From: an uncultured Chloroflexia bacterium
GTDB lineage: Bacteria > Chloroflexota > Limnocylindria > Limnocylindrales > CSP1-4
Length of the DNA: 64,000 nt
Assembly: GCA_963759135.1 (NCBI GenBank)
Contig: CAVWXU010000002.1
Coordinates: 2,360 to 66,359 of the forward strand
Direction of reading: 5' to 3'
Shown here piece by piece: positions 9,899-19,086 of this stretch. The notes beneath the pieces were generated by a model. The model searched no databases, was not told the origin of the DNA, and worked only from the letters and a program-made list of their open reading frames with translations. Each line of letters begins with the position of its first letter. Position 1 is the stretch's first letter. The position numbers and the translations under genes are program-made.

Positions 9899-12800
9899 AT
9901 GCACGTCGTCGGGAGGGAGCGTGAGCTTGGGCGGCTCGGCGTCGCTCTCGAACACGCCGCGGCCGGCCACCTCTCGCGTGTCGTCGCGACCGGCGCGACC
10001 GGCAGCGGGGTGACCACGCTCATGTCCGAGCTCGAGCGGCGGCTCGCGGGGGAGCCCGCCGTCGTGGTGGCGAGGGGCGCCGCGGTCGAGCCGCTCTCGG
10101 GTCACCCGTATGCGGCGCTGTCCGCGGCCCTGCGAGGGCCGATCTCCGCCCTCTCCGACGAGCGACTCCCCGAGGTGCTGGGTCCCGCGGCCGGCGAGAT
10201 CGCGCTCCTCCTCCCTTCGCTGGCGGCCAGGATCAACGCCGCGTGTCCCGTCGAGGGTTCGATGCAGTCCGGCCCGGACCAGCGCCGCGGCCGGTTCGTC
10301 GAGGCAGTCCTCGGCGTGCTCGGCCGGCTCGCGCGGGGCGGTGTCGTGCTGCTGGCGCTTGACGACCTTCACTGGGCAGACGCGGGAACCCGGGCGTTCG
10401 TCGAGTTCATGCTGGGGCTCGACGTCGCGCTGCCGCTCTGCCTGGTCGTGTCGTACCACGGAGACGAGCTGGGCAGGCGGCACCCGTTCGCCCGGATCGC
10501 CGACCTGCTCGCGTCCGACCCCTCCGTCGAGCACATCGAGCTCGAGCCGCTCCGTCCCGACGAGCTGCTCCGCTTCATCGAGGCGGAAACCGGAGAGCGT
10601 CCCTCGGCCGGGCTGCTCGCGGCCATCGTCGAGCGATCCGCCGGCAACCCGCTCGCCGCGGAGCAGATCCTGGCCGCGCGCCGGAGCATGCCGGGCGCAC
10701 GCCTGTCCGACTCGTTCGACGAGCTCGTCGAGTCGCGCCTCGCGCTCCTCGGCACCGGGGCCGCTCGGTGGGTCCGCGTCCTTGCCGCTCTCCGCCGGCC
10801 CGTCGCGCCGTCGTCTCTCGCGGGCCTGCGCGCCGCCGACGGAACCCTGGCCGAGAACGCCCTCGACGAGGCGATCCAGGGAGGGCTCGTCGCGCGTCGC
10901 GGGGGAGAGGCCGTCATCGCCCAGGAGCTGTACGCCGAGACCGTCGAGGCGCTGCTCGACCCGCTCGGCCGACAGGCGATTCACGCAGCGATCGCGGAGT
11001 GGCTCGTCGGGTCGCATGACGAGCAGGCATGGCACTGGGAGCGCGCCCTCCGACTCGACCTGGCGCGGGACGCCCATGTAGCGGCGGGCCTGGCCGCCGA
11101 GGAGCTCGACCCGGGCGGCACCGCGCTCGAGCACTACAGCCGTGCGCTCGAACTGGACGCCCTGCGGCGGGGGGCCGTCGTCGGTCCTCCGCCGGCGGAG
11201 ACAGGCGCCGCCCACGGGGATTGGCGGTTGGACCGGCCCGAGCTGCTGGCTCGCACCGCGGAGGCGGCGTTCGTCGACGGCGCGTTCCGGCGTGCGGCGG
11301 CGCTCGCGGCCCGGGCGATCGATGCGCGAGCCGACACGTCGGCGCTGTCCGACGTCGTCGCGCTGGGGCACGATGCTCGCGAGCGGCGGGCCCTCGAACT
11401 GGGATCGCTGTACGAACGGCTGGGTCGGTACCGCTGGGCTGCCGGCGAGATCGACGCGGCGCTGTCGGCGTTCGCGGCCGGGGCGCAGTGCGTCCCACCG
11501 GGTCCTTCTCTCGAGCGCGCTCGCGTGCTCGGCGCGCTGGCCCAGGCGCTGATGCTCGAGGGCCGCTTCGAGGAGAGCGCGCGGTGGGCGCGTGACGCGA
11601 TCGCTGCCGCCCAGGGGACGGGCGCCGCTGCCGCGCAGGGCGCGGGCGTCAGTGCCCTCGCCGATCTCGGCCATGCGACGTGCACGCTCGGCGTCGACGT
11701 GGCGTACCTGGGCGACCTGGAGGGTGGCCTGGGGATGCTGCGCGACGCGGCCGCGATCGCCCGGCAGGCGGGCCGGCTGGACGACCTGATGCGTTCGTAC
11801 GCCAACCAGACCACGCTGCTGGAGCTCGATTCGCGGCGAACCGAGGCGCTGGCGGTCGTGGACGAGGGGATCGCCGAGGCGCGCCGGTGGGGTCAGGAGG
11901 CCGTGTACGGCGCATTCCTCCGCGGCAACGGCGCCGACACGCTGTTCGTGCTCGGCCGCTGGGCCGAGGCGGAGGCGATGTGCCACCAGGCGCTCGAATG
12001 GAGTCCGTCGGGGGTGGCGCGCTTCAATCCGCTCGTGTGGCTGACCAACGTTCGCGTCGAGTCCGCGTCCGACGAGGAGGCTGGCCGGCTCCTCGGGCAG
12101 CTGCTCCTGCAGCAGGAGGCCGTGGCGGACTCGCAGTGGGTTGCCGAGGTGGAGCGCGCGACCGTGAGCTTCGCCCTCTGGCGCGAGGACGTGCAGGACG
12201 CGCGCCGCGCCGCGGAGCGCGGCTGGGCCCGGGTGACCCGTACCGACGACTGGGCGCAGGTGGCGATCTCGGCATCGACGACGCTGGAGGCCGCGGCTGC
12301 GGTCGCCGAGGACGCGCGCGAGAGGCGGGACGCCGGGACCGTCGCCGACGCAGTCGCATGGGCGGACGAAGTCCTTACCGAGGCGAGGCGACGGGTCGAG
12401 GCCGGCGGCATGTCGCTCGAGCTGGGCGGGAGAATCGAGGCCGAGCTGCACCTGGCCACCGCCCGTGCCCACCGGACGCGCGTCGTGGGCGAGCCGGACC
12501 CGGCCTTGTGGGCCGATCTCGCCCGGCGCTGGGCGGGGGTGCCTAACCCATACCGCGCCGCCCACGCGCGCTGGCGGGAGGCGGAGGCGGTGCTGCGGTC
12601 GCGGCCGGACACACCGCGGGGCCGCGTGGACCGGGTGCACGCGCGGCGGGCGCTGCTGCAGTCCTGGGAGATCGCCACGGCGCTGGGGGCGGGCCCGCTG
12701 TGCCGGGCGCTCACCCGCCTCGCGGCACGCGCGCGGATTCCGTTGCCGGATGCGAGCGCCCAGGGTGCCGACGGGAGCGTCCCGTCGCCCGAAGGGAGTG

Positions 12801-13168
12801 TCCCGTCGCCCCAAGGGAGCGGCCCGGCCCAGGCAACCAGGGGCGACTCAGACGCAGCCGTCCCCGCCTTCCCGGGCCGCGAGACGGCGGGCAGCGGCCT
12901 CGCCCTCCGCCTTGCCGCCACGCCCGAGGCTCCGCCGGCCGATCCCTTCAACCTCAGCCCGAGGGAGAAGGAGGTGCTCGGCGTGCTGGCCGAGGGGCGC
13001 TCGAACCGCGAGATCGCTCAGCGACTCTTCATCAGCGAACGCACGGTCGCCGTGCACGTCGGCAACATCCTGGCCAAACTCGGCGTGGCGGGCCGCGTCG
13101 AAGCGGCGACCGTCGCGCTCCGACTCGGACTCGTGGCAGTCTCGCAGCCGATCGTTCGCCGTCGCTGA
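9899..13168 (+). CDS. LuxR-family transcriptional regulator, large ATP-binding (LAL/MalT-like) type
   Basis: It has an N-terminal P-loop (VATGATGSGVTTL), a long helical/TPR-like middle, and the C-terminal LuxR HTH LSPREKEVLGVLAEGRSNREIAQRLFISERTVAVHVGNILAKLGV. I prefer ATG 9899 over TTG 9869. Confidence 0.85.
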   Translation: MHVVGRERELGRLGVALEHAAAGHLSRVVATGATGSGVTTLMSELERRLAGEPAVVVARGAAVEPLSGHPYAALSAALRGPISALSDERLPEVLGPAAGEIALLLPSLAARINAACPVEGSMQSGPDQRRGRFVEAVLGVLGRLARGGVVLLALDDLHWADAGTRAFVEFMLGLDVALPLCLVVSYHGDELGRRHPFARIADLLASDPSVEHIELEPLRPDELLRFIEAETGERPSAGLLAAIVERSAGNPLAAEQILAARRSMPGARLSDSFDELVESRLALLGTGAARWVRVLAALRRPVAPSSLAGLRAADGTLAENALDEAIQGGLVARRGGEAVIAQELYAETVEALLDPLGRQAIHAAIAEWLVGSHDEQAWHWERALRLDLARDAHVAAGLAAEELDPGGTALEHYSRALELDALRRGAVVGPPPAETGAAHGDWRLDRPELLARTAEAAFVDGAFRRAAALAARAIDARADTSALSDVVALGHDARERRALELGSLYERLGRYRWAAGEIDAALSAFAAGAQCVPPGPSLERARVLGALAQALMLEGRFEESARWARDAIAAAQGTGAAAAQGAGVSALADLGHATCTLGVDVAYLGDLEGGLGMLRDAAAIARQAGRLDDLMRSYANQTTLLELDSRRTEALAVVDEGIAEARRWGQEAVYGAFLRGNGADTLFVLGRWAEAEAMCHQALEWSPSGVARFNPLVWLTNVRVESASDEEAGRLLGQLLLQQEAVADSQWVAEVERATVSFALWREDVQDARRAAERGWARVTRTDDWAQVAISASTTLEAAAAVAEDARERRDAGTVADAVAWADEVLTEARRRVEAGGMSLELGGRIEAELHLATARAHRTRVVGEPDPALWADLARRWAGVPNPYRAAHARWREAEAVLRSRPDTPRGRVDRVHARRALLQSWEIATALGAGPLCRALTRLAARARIPLPDASAQGADGSVPSPEGSVPSPQGSGPAQATRGDSDAAVPAFPGRETAGSGLALRLAATPEAPPADPFNLSPREKEVLGVLAEGRSNREIAQRLFISERTVAVHVGNILAKLGVAGRVEAATVALRLGLVAVSQPIVRRR

Positions 13169-13223
13169 GAGCCGCGCGCGGTCATGGACGGCGCGCGCCT
13201 CGGGTTTCGGGGAGAATGGGGCA

Positions 13224-13875
13224 ATGGACAAGCGTGCTCGGTCCCTCGTCGGCGTCGCGATCCTGGCCATCGCAGCCGCCTTCGTCCTCGCCGGCTGTGC
13301 GTCATCCGCGGGCCCTGGCTGGACGTACGTGCCGCCGGCAGCGACTCCGCAGTCGAGCGGAACGGCGGCCTCGGGGGCCCCGGGCGGGGCCTCGGCGGCC
13401 CCGCGCGGCCGCGGCCGCGGCAAGCGGCGGCACCTCGTCGGGTGCGTCCGGCGCCCCATCGGCACCTGGTGCCCCGTCGGCTTCGGGTGCGGCATCGGGC
13501 GCCTCGACCGCCCCGTCGGCGTCCGGAGCCACGGCGGGTGGCGGGAGCCCCAACGAGATCGACCTCGTCGAAACGGCATCGCTGCAGATCACGAACCCGG
13601 CCGGGCAGCCGGTCACCGCGATCACCGTCCAGAAGGGTCAGACCTACCACTTCAGGATCACCAACACGGCCGGGTTCGTCCACAACTTCTACATCGGCAC
13701 GGTGAGCGACCTGGAGGCCGCCAACCTCGCGAATCTCACGGGCGTCGGCGATTTCTCGTCCGGCACCAAAGAGTTCGACTACACGTTCAGCGACACGAGC
13801 GCCCCGCTTGGATTCGGCTGCATGGTCCCCGGCCATTACCAGGCGGGGATGAAGGGCACGTTCACGATCCAGTGA
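13224..13875 (+). CDS. cupredoxin (type-1 copper) lipoprotein, apparent +1 frameshift near 13400
   Basis: A lipoprotein signal MDKRARSLVGVAILAIAAAFVLAGC is in frame 0. After an A/S/G/P linker the cupredoxin domain is in frame +1 (FVHNFY...GCMVPGHYQAGM = His, Cys-x4-His-x4-Met). The frames meet at the CCCC run at 13399-13402. Confidence 0.65.
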
Positions 13876-13927
13876 GTCCCGGTCGGGCCGGCTCGGATCG
13901 CGGCGTCTGGGGACCAGGGGGGCGACG

Positions 13928-14683
13928 ATGACCGACGCGATCTGCTACCGCGACGCGTATGCGCGCTCCTGCGAGGCGGTCGTCCAGACCGTCGACGTGT
14001 CCGACGCCACCATGCTCGTAACGCTCGACAGGACCGTGTTCTACCCGGGCGGCGGCGGGCAGCCGGCCGACACCGGCACGTTGCTGGCGCTCGACCCGAT
14101 ATGGGGAGGACAGCGCTGGCAGGTCGCGTCGGCGCGGAGAGCCGGCGACGAGATCGTCCACGTGGTCGACGCGGTCGCGTCCGAGGACGCCCCGGAACCG
14201 GGCACGCGGGTGCGCGTCGACATCGACTGGGAACGCCGCCACCTCCTGATGCGGACGCACACCGCGCTGCACACGCTGTGCGGCGTGGTGTGGCGCGACT
14301 ACGGGGCGCTGGTGACGGGCGGGAACATGGAACCCGGAGCCGGCCGGATGGACTTCGAGTTCGAGCGCATGTCGGCGGAACTGGTCGGGGAGATCGAGGG
14401 CAAGGTCAACGCCGAGCTCGCGGCCGCGCGTGACGTCCGCGTTCGCGTGCTGCCCCGTGACGAAGCATTCGCCATCCCTGACCTGGTTCGGACGAAGGTC
14501 AACCTGCTGCCGCCCGGGATCGCCGAGGTGCGCACGGTCGAGATCGTCGGCCTGGACTTCCAGGCAGATGGCGGCACCCACGTGGCCAACACGCGCGAGG
14601 TGGGGCGTATCCACGTCACCGGGTACGAGTCCAAGGGCCGGATCAACAAGCGGATCCGGCTCGAGGTGGTCGACGCGGGATGA
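13928..14683 (+). CDS. alanyl-tRNA editing protein AlaX-like (tRNA_SAD domain)
   Basis: 251 aa with the HxxxH motif HTALHTLCG and a C-terminal DGGTHV motif region. The N-terminus TVFYPGGGGQPAD is typical of AlaX/AlaRS-related proteins. Confidence 0.75.
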   Translation: MTDAICYRDAYARSCEAVVQTVDVSDATMLVTLDRTVFYPGGGGQPADTGTLLALDPIWGGQRWQVASARRAGDEIVHVVDAVASEDAPEPGTRVRVDIDWERRHLLMRTHTALHTLCGVVWRDYGALVTGGNMEPGAGRMDFEFERMSAELVGEIEGKVNAELAAARDVRVRVLPRDEAFAIPDLVRTKVNLLPPGIAEVRTVEIVGLDFQADGGTHVANTREVGRIHVTGYESKGRINKRIRLEVVDAG

Positions 14684-14797
14684 CCGGCCGCCTGTGCGCG
14701 AAACCTTCGGGGTCCGCGGAGAGGGTGACGCCGGCTTCGTTGCCGGGGCCGGCCGGCCACGCTGCCCGGAACCGGTGGTGAGACCGGCGCGCCCGGG

Positions 14798-15841
14798 GTG
14801 AAGGTCGACCTGGCGCTGGGCAGCCCTGAGCCGGCCTCGGTTGCCGGGCTGGCGCGGGCCGCCGAGTCGTTCGGGTTCGACGCGGTCTGGCTGGCCGAGA
14901 CGCGGCACGACCCATTCGTCAGCGCCGCGCTTGCGCTCGGCGCCACCGGGACGATCGAGGTCGGGACGGGGATCGCGGTCGCGTTCGCGCGCAGCCCCAT
15001 CGTGCTGGCACAGTCCGCGTTCGACCTGGCGGCCCTGTCCGGCGGGCGGTTCCATCTCGGCCTCGGGACGCAGGTGCGCGCACACGTCGAGCGCCGCTTC
15101 GGCATGCCCTGGTCTGCGCCCGCTCCGCGGCTCGCGGAATGGATCGCCGCCGTGCGTGCCGCCTGGGCGACGTGGCAGGACGGGACCCCGTTTCGCGTGC
15201 GATCCGAGCACCTCGATCTCTCGCTGATGTCCGAGTTCTTCAGCCCGCCGCCGCTGTCGTTCGAGCGGCCTGACGGATCGCCGCGCGTCCCGCTCTCGGT
15301 CGCCGGCGTGGGACCAGGGCTGGCCCGGCTCGCCGGCCGGGTCGCCGACGGGTTCCAGGTCCACCCGTTCCACACGGCGCGATACCTGTCGGAGGTGCTC
15401 GAGCCGGCTCTGGAGCGGGGAGAGGCGGAACGGCTGGGTGGTCCTCCGCGCAGGGTGGCCCGGATCGTGCCCGTGTTCGTCGCGCCGACCGATGTCCCCG
15501 CCGCGGTCGGCGAGGTGAGATCCCGGATCGCCTTCTACGCGTCCACGCCGACCTACCGGCCGGTGCTCGCGTTGCATGGGCGCGCCCACGTGGGCGAGCG
15601 ACTCGGCCGGCTGGCGGTCGCGGGGCGCTGGGACGAGATGGCCGACCTGGTCGACGACGAGCTGCTCGCGCTGGTCGCCGTCGTGGCTCCGTCGGCGTCG
15701 ATCGCCGCCGCCCTGGCGTCGCGCGTCGCGGGGCACGCCGACCGCGTGCTCCCCGTCCTGTCGTTCGAGCCGGACGCCTCCGGCGCGCTGCCAAACGCGT
15801 CGCTCTGGGGCGCCCTGATGGAGTCGCTCCGGGCAGCCTGA
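14798..15841 (+). CDS. LLM-class (luciferase-like) F420-dependent oxidoreductase
   Basis: 347 aa with a GTG start and an FGFDAVWLAETRHDPF...GRFHLGLGTQV pattern typical of luciferase-like monooxygenase-family proteins. Confidence 0.8.
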   Translation: MKVDLALGSPEPASVAGLARAAESFGFDAVWLAETRHDPFVSAALALGATGTIEVGTGIAVAFARSPIVLAQSAFDLAALSGGRFHLGLGTQVRAHVERRFGMPWSAPAPRLAEWIAAVRAAWATWQDGTPFRVRSEHLDLSLMSEFFSPPPLSFERPDGSPRVPLSVAGVGPGLARLAGRVADGFQVHPFHTARYLSEVLEPALERGEAERLGGPPRRVARIVPVFVAPTDVPAAVGEVRSRIAFYASTPTYRPVLALHGRAHVGERLGRLAVAGRWDEMADLVDDELLALVAVVAPSASIAAALASRVAGHADRVLPVLSFEPDASGALPNASLWGALMESLRAA

Positions 15842-15856
15842 ACAACGGCGCCGGAG

Positions 15857-17113
15857 CTACGCCGTCTCGCGCTCCGAGGTGCCGGCGCCAGCGGCCGCCC
15901 GCAGCTCCTCCTCGATTCCCGCCACGCTGCGCAGGATGCCGACCCGCAGGCCGTCCAGGTCTGCGGTGACCCGGCCGGTCGCGGTGCTGATGGAAGTGAG
16001 GCTGGCTTTCATGCCCTGGATCGCCGAGAGCTGGGTCCGGATCCCGTCCAGCGCGTGGTCCACGGCGGCGAGGTCGATCTCGACCGGCCGGTCTCGCAGC
16101 GCGTCGAGCGCGAAGATCCGGCCCAGACGGACGGCGCACTCCAGCGGCAGCCGGTCCGGAGCGGCCGGATCGAGGACGCACCACACGTCCCGCCCCACGA
16201 TGGCGAGCGGGTCGACGTTGGCGGGAGCGTGCTGCGGCGAGAAGACGATGACGGCCGCCTGGGCGGAACGGTTCTGGCGGGCCGCCGCCAGCTCCTCGAT
16301 GACCTGCCGCGTGCTCATGGCCCGGTCCTTCGACTCGATGACGACCCGAAGATCCGCGCCACGCGTGCGGCTGGGGTCCACCGTCAGCACGAAGTCACCC
16401 TTCTTGCCCTTGATCGTCTCGCCGGGCAGGGTCCCGGTCCGTTCAATGGCGTCTCCGAGCCCGCTGGAGATGTCCCCGAGCAGCCCCTCGAGGACGTCCT
16501 CGAAGTCGATTCCCTTGGCTGCCGACTTCGCCCGCTCCGCGGACCGGGTGTCCGAGACCTTCTCGAGGGCCTGGATGCGGCCCGCGAGATCCTCGAACCC
16601 CTTCGAGATCTCGCTCCGGAACTGGTAGAGCGGCGACCCGAGCCGGGTGGGGTCCAGCAGCTGTGCCAGCCGGCTGCCGTCCCCGTCGAAGTAGCGCCCC
16701 ATCAGGTCGTTCAGGCGGCCGATGGCCGAGTCCCGGCGGGTCTCGTCGAACAGGTCCGACACGAGGCGACGCAGCGCCCCCTGATCCCCGAGGAACCGTT
16801 CCAGCGTCCGGGGGAGCTTGCCGCCGTCCTCGGCAAACGACTCGCGAAGTGCCTGCGCCAGCGCCTGGCTGGCCCGCTCGTTGCGCTCGTCGATCTGCTG
16901 GACGAGCCGGCCGAACTCCTTCTCGATGACGTCGACGTTGACGGTCAGCCCTGCATCGCGCACGGCGAGCAGCCCGATCCTCAGAGAGCGCTCGAGGAGC
17001 TCCGGGCGATCCGCCTCCGCGCGCTCGGCGACGAACCGGACGAGGTCCGGGTCCGTCAGCTCGAGGTGCTCGACGACCAGACGGTCGGCAGCGAGGCTCA
17101 CAGTGGTCTGCAT
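15857..17113 (-). CDS. hypothetical protein: N-terminal helical/coiled-coil region plus putative PD-(D/E)XK nuclease-like core (DUF2130/RmuC-like architecture)
   Basis: 418 aa. KGIDFEDVLEGLL...KKGDFVLTV...RVVIESKDR gives a D...E-x-K pattern after about 190 aa of helical sequence. The family assignment is by pattern only. Confidence 0.55.
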   Translation of the reverse strand: MQTTVSLAADRLVVEHLELTDPDLVRFVAERAEADRPELLERSLRIGLLAVRDAGLTVNVDVIEKEFGRLVQQIDERNERASQALAQALRESFAEDGGKLPRTLERFLGDQGALRRLVSDLFDETRRDSAIGRLNDLMGRYFDGDGSRLAQLLDPTRLGSPLYQFRSEISKGFEDLAGRIQALEKVSDTRSAERAKSAAKGIDFEDVLEGLLGDISSGLGDAIERTGTLPGETIKGKKGDFVLTVDPSRTRGADLRVVIESKDRAMSTRQVIEELAAARQNRSAQAAVIVFSPQHAPANVDPLAIVGRDVWCVLDPAAPDRLPLECAVRLGRIFALDALRDRPVEIDLAAVDHALDGIRTQLSAIQGMKASLTSISTATGRVTADLDGLRVGILRSVAGIEEELRAAAGAGTSERETA

Positions 17114-17249
17114 GCCTTCACCCTGACATGCCCGTGTGCCAGCTTGGGTGGCACGGCGGCGCCCGGCGAGCGGGTGCGCGCGCCGGTGCGGCCTCCCGGA
17201 CCCCGGGGGCCGGCACGCGGACGCGCCGATCGGTCGACCAGGAACGGAA

Positions 17250-17277
17250 CGAGCCCGGCAGCTGCCTGCCGGGCTCG
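17250..17277 (-). terminator. candidate intrinsic terminator downstream of the zinc-ribbon gene
   Basis: A perfect 12-bp inverted repeat CGAGCCCGGCAG/CTGCCGGGCTCG has a 4-nt loop. On the minus strand it is followed by TTCCGTTCC. It lies about 70 nt after the stop at 17349. Confidence 0.45.
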
Positions 17278-17348
17278 TCGTCGACGCGTGCTCAGTGCGT
17301 CTGCTGGACGACCGTCCTGAACGGCCGCCCTGGCGTCAGGTGAGGGGG

Positions 17349-17750
17349 CTACCCGCGACGGCTCGCAAAGCAGTCGTTGCAGTAGACGGGCTTGCCCGAC
17401 GTGGGCCGGAAGGGCACTTTCGCCTCGCGACCGCAGCTGGAGCAGGTGGCCGTGAACATCTCGCGCGGTGCGCGAGTGCCGCCCCCGGAGTACCCACCGC
17501 CGGAGTAGCCCGAGCCGCCACCGTAGGATCCGATCGACCCGCCGGAGTAGCCGCCACCGGAGTACGACCCGCTGGAACTGTAGGAAGAACCGCCACCGCG
17601 GCTGGCCTTTCGGCTCGCACGGCACGTGGGACAACGTCGCGGCTCGCTGAACTGGCGATCAGCGTAGAACTGCTGCTCGCTCGACGAGAACGCGAACTCC
17701 TGCCCGCAGTCGGCGCACGTGAGAGTCTTGTCCTGGTACAACGAAAACAC
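17349..17750 (-). CDS. CxxC-x17-CxxC zinc-ribbon protein with Gly/Ser/Tyr-rich linker
   Basis: Two zinc ribbons (CADCGQEF...CPTC and CSSCGREA...CNDC) flank a 45-aa GGYSGG-type low-complexity region. TTG at 17741 has better spacing to the GAAGGAG SD than the GTG at 17750. Confidence 0.8.
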   Translation of the reverse strand: MFSLYQDKTLTCADCGQEFAFSSSEQQFYADRQFSEPRRCPTCRASRKASRGGGSSYSSSGSYSGGGYSGGSIGSYGGGSGYSGGGYSGGGTRAPREMFTATCSSCGREAKVPFRPTSGKPVYCNDCFASRRG

Positions 17751-17802
17751 TCCTTCTCGTCCGGCCCCCGCGACCGTCTCGCGAGAACCGAGAGAGGAGT
17801 GT
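17747..17802 (-). promoter_or_regulatory. 5' leader hairpin that can sequester the Shine-Dalgarno of the zinc-ribbon gene
   Basis: In mRNA sense, ACACUCCUCUCUCG (17802-17789) pairs with CGAGAAGGAGUGU (17759-17747) over 13 bp with one bulge. The 3' arm contains GAAGGAG. Confidence 0.35.
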
Positions 17803-17882
17803 CGTGTTGCCGAACGGGGCTGAATCTTTGGCCCGCCTCGCGGGCGTTGCCAGGATCATAGCAGTCGAATCCCGCGAGTCCA

Positions 17883-17931
17883 GCCCTTATTCCGGGGCTG
17901 TGGACGGCCCTTATTCCGGGACATGTGGACG
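17883..17931. promoter_or_regulatory. 2 x ~24-bp tandem direct repeat upstream of the zinc-ribbon gene promoter
   Basis: GCCCTTATTCCGGGGCTGTGGACG is followed by GCCCTTATTCCGGGACATGTGGACG. On the minus strand the repeats abut a CTGGAC-17nt-TATGAT promoter-like element (TATGAT = 17860-17855). Confidence 0.3.
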
Positions 17932-17938
17932 TCGCACC

Positions 17939-18835
17939 TCAGGCGGCAGGCCCGGGCCGTCCCTCGAAGGCGTACCGAAGGAGCAGGTGCGATCCGGCGC
18001 GTCGAACGGAGCGCACGGCGGCCCATCGCGCGGCGCCCGGGTCCCACGCGCGTCCCTCCGCCAGCCCGAGCCGGGCGGCCTCCGGCGTGCGGCCGAGCAC
18101 CTGTGGCGCGAGCGTCAGGAAGAGCTCATCGACTGCGTCCGCTCCCAGCAGGTGGGCCAGGAGGTGCGGTCCGCCCTCGCAGAGCGCGAGCCGAGCGCCC
18201 ATGTGCGTGAGCAGGGCGACCAGTCGCTCCGGCTCCACGAAACCCGCGTCCGACAGCACCTCCACGCGGGCGCCGGAAGGTACGCCGCCCGACGCCAGGC
18301 GTCGTGCGCCGGCCCGGCTGGTCGCGATCACGACGGGCACGTCGCCGCGTGTCAGGCCGGCGTGGTCCGCCGGGACGTCGCCGGCCGCCGTCACGACGAC
18401 GGTCGTGGGCTGCGACGCGAGGCCGAGACGGGAGCGCCATGCGTCGAACACGCCGGCCCAGTCGGGCGCGATCCCGCGCGGTGTCCACTCGTGCCTGGGC
18501 GCCGACCGGACGGTGCCCGCGCCGACCACGACGACGTCCGCGAGCGCGCGAAGCAGCGCCATCACGAACCTGTCGGGCTCGAACGCGCCGCTGATGTGCG
18601 ATCCACCGCCACGCGGGCCGCTGGCGATTGCCACGATCCCGTCCAGGCTCTCCACGAAGTTGGCCACCACGGTCGGACGGTCCGGCCGAAGCCCGATCGC
18701 CAGCGGGCCGCCATACCGTTGCGCGATGGTCAGCGGCGGATCGTCGCCCCGCACCTCGCCCGGGGCCCGCGGAGCTTCGAACAGTACGTCGAGCGGCTCC
18801 GCGTGGATCGGCGCGGAATGTGTGGCTGCGGACAT
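17939..18835 (-). CDS. RibD C-terminal domain / dihydrofolate-reductase-family protein
   Basis: I trimmed to ATG 18835 (MSAATHSAP). NFVESLDGIVA...VVVGAGTVR...LCEGGPHLL...DELFLTLAPQVLG is typical of pyrimidine reductase-like proteins. Confidence 0.75.
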   Translation of the reverse strand: MSAATHSAPIHAEPLDVLFEAPRAPGEVRGDDPPLTIAQRYGGPLAIGLRPDRPTVVANFVESLDGIVAIASGPRGGGSHISGAFEPDRFVMALLRALADVVVVGAGTVRSAPRHEWTPRGIAPDWAGVFDAWRSRLGLASQPTTVVVTAAGDVPADHAGLTRGDVPVVIATSRAGARRLASGGVPSGARVEVLSDAGFVEPERLVALLTHMGARLALCEGGPHLLAHLLGADAVDELFLTLAPQVLGRTPEAARLGLAEGRAWDPGAARWAAVRSVRRAGSHLLLRYAFEGRPGPAA

Positions 18836-19086
18836 GGCCGGTGCTCCTCGCGGTTCGCGGCTCGAAGCTCGGCGCGCGAGCCAGGCCGCACCAAGGATGT
18901 TCGCACGAACCGCGGCTTCGAGGCCTGGGCACCCGTGCCCGGGACGCGCATCGAGAAGTGCCCGGGACGCCTTTCGAGACGTGCCCGCCGCGCATCGAGA
19001 CGATCCCGCCACGCCCTTCTTGCAGAGCGCGGTATCCTCGCGGTCCGATCGCCCGCGTGGGGCGGCGGATCGTATCGAGGGGTTCC

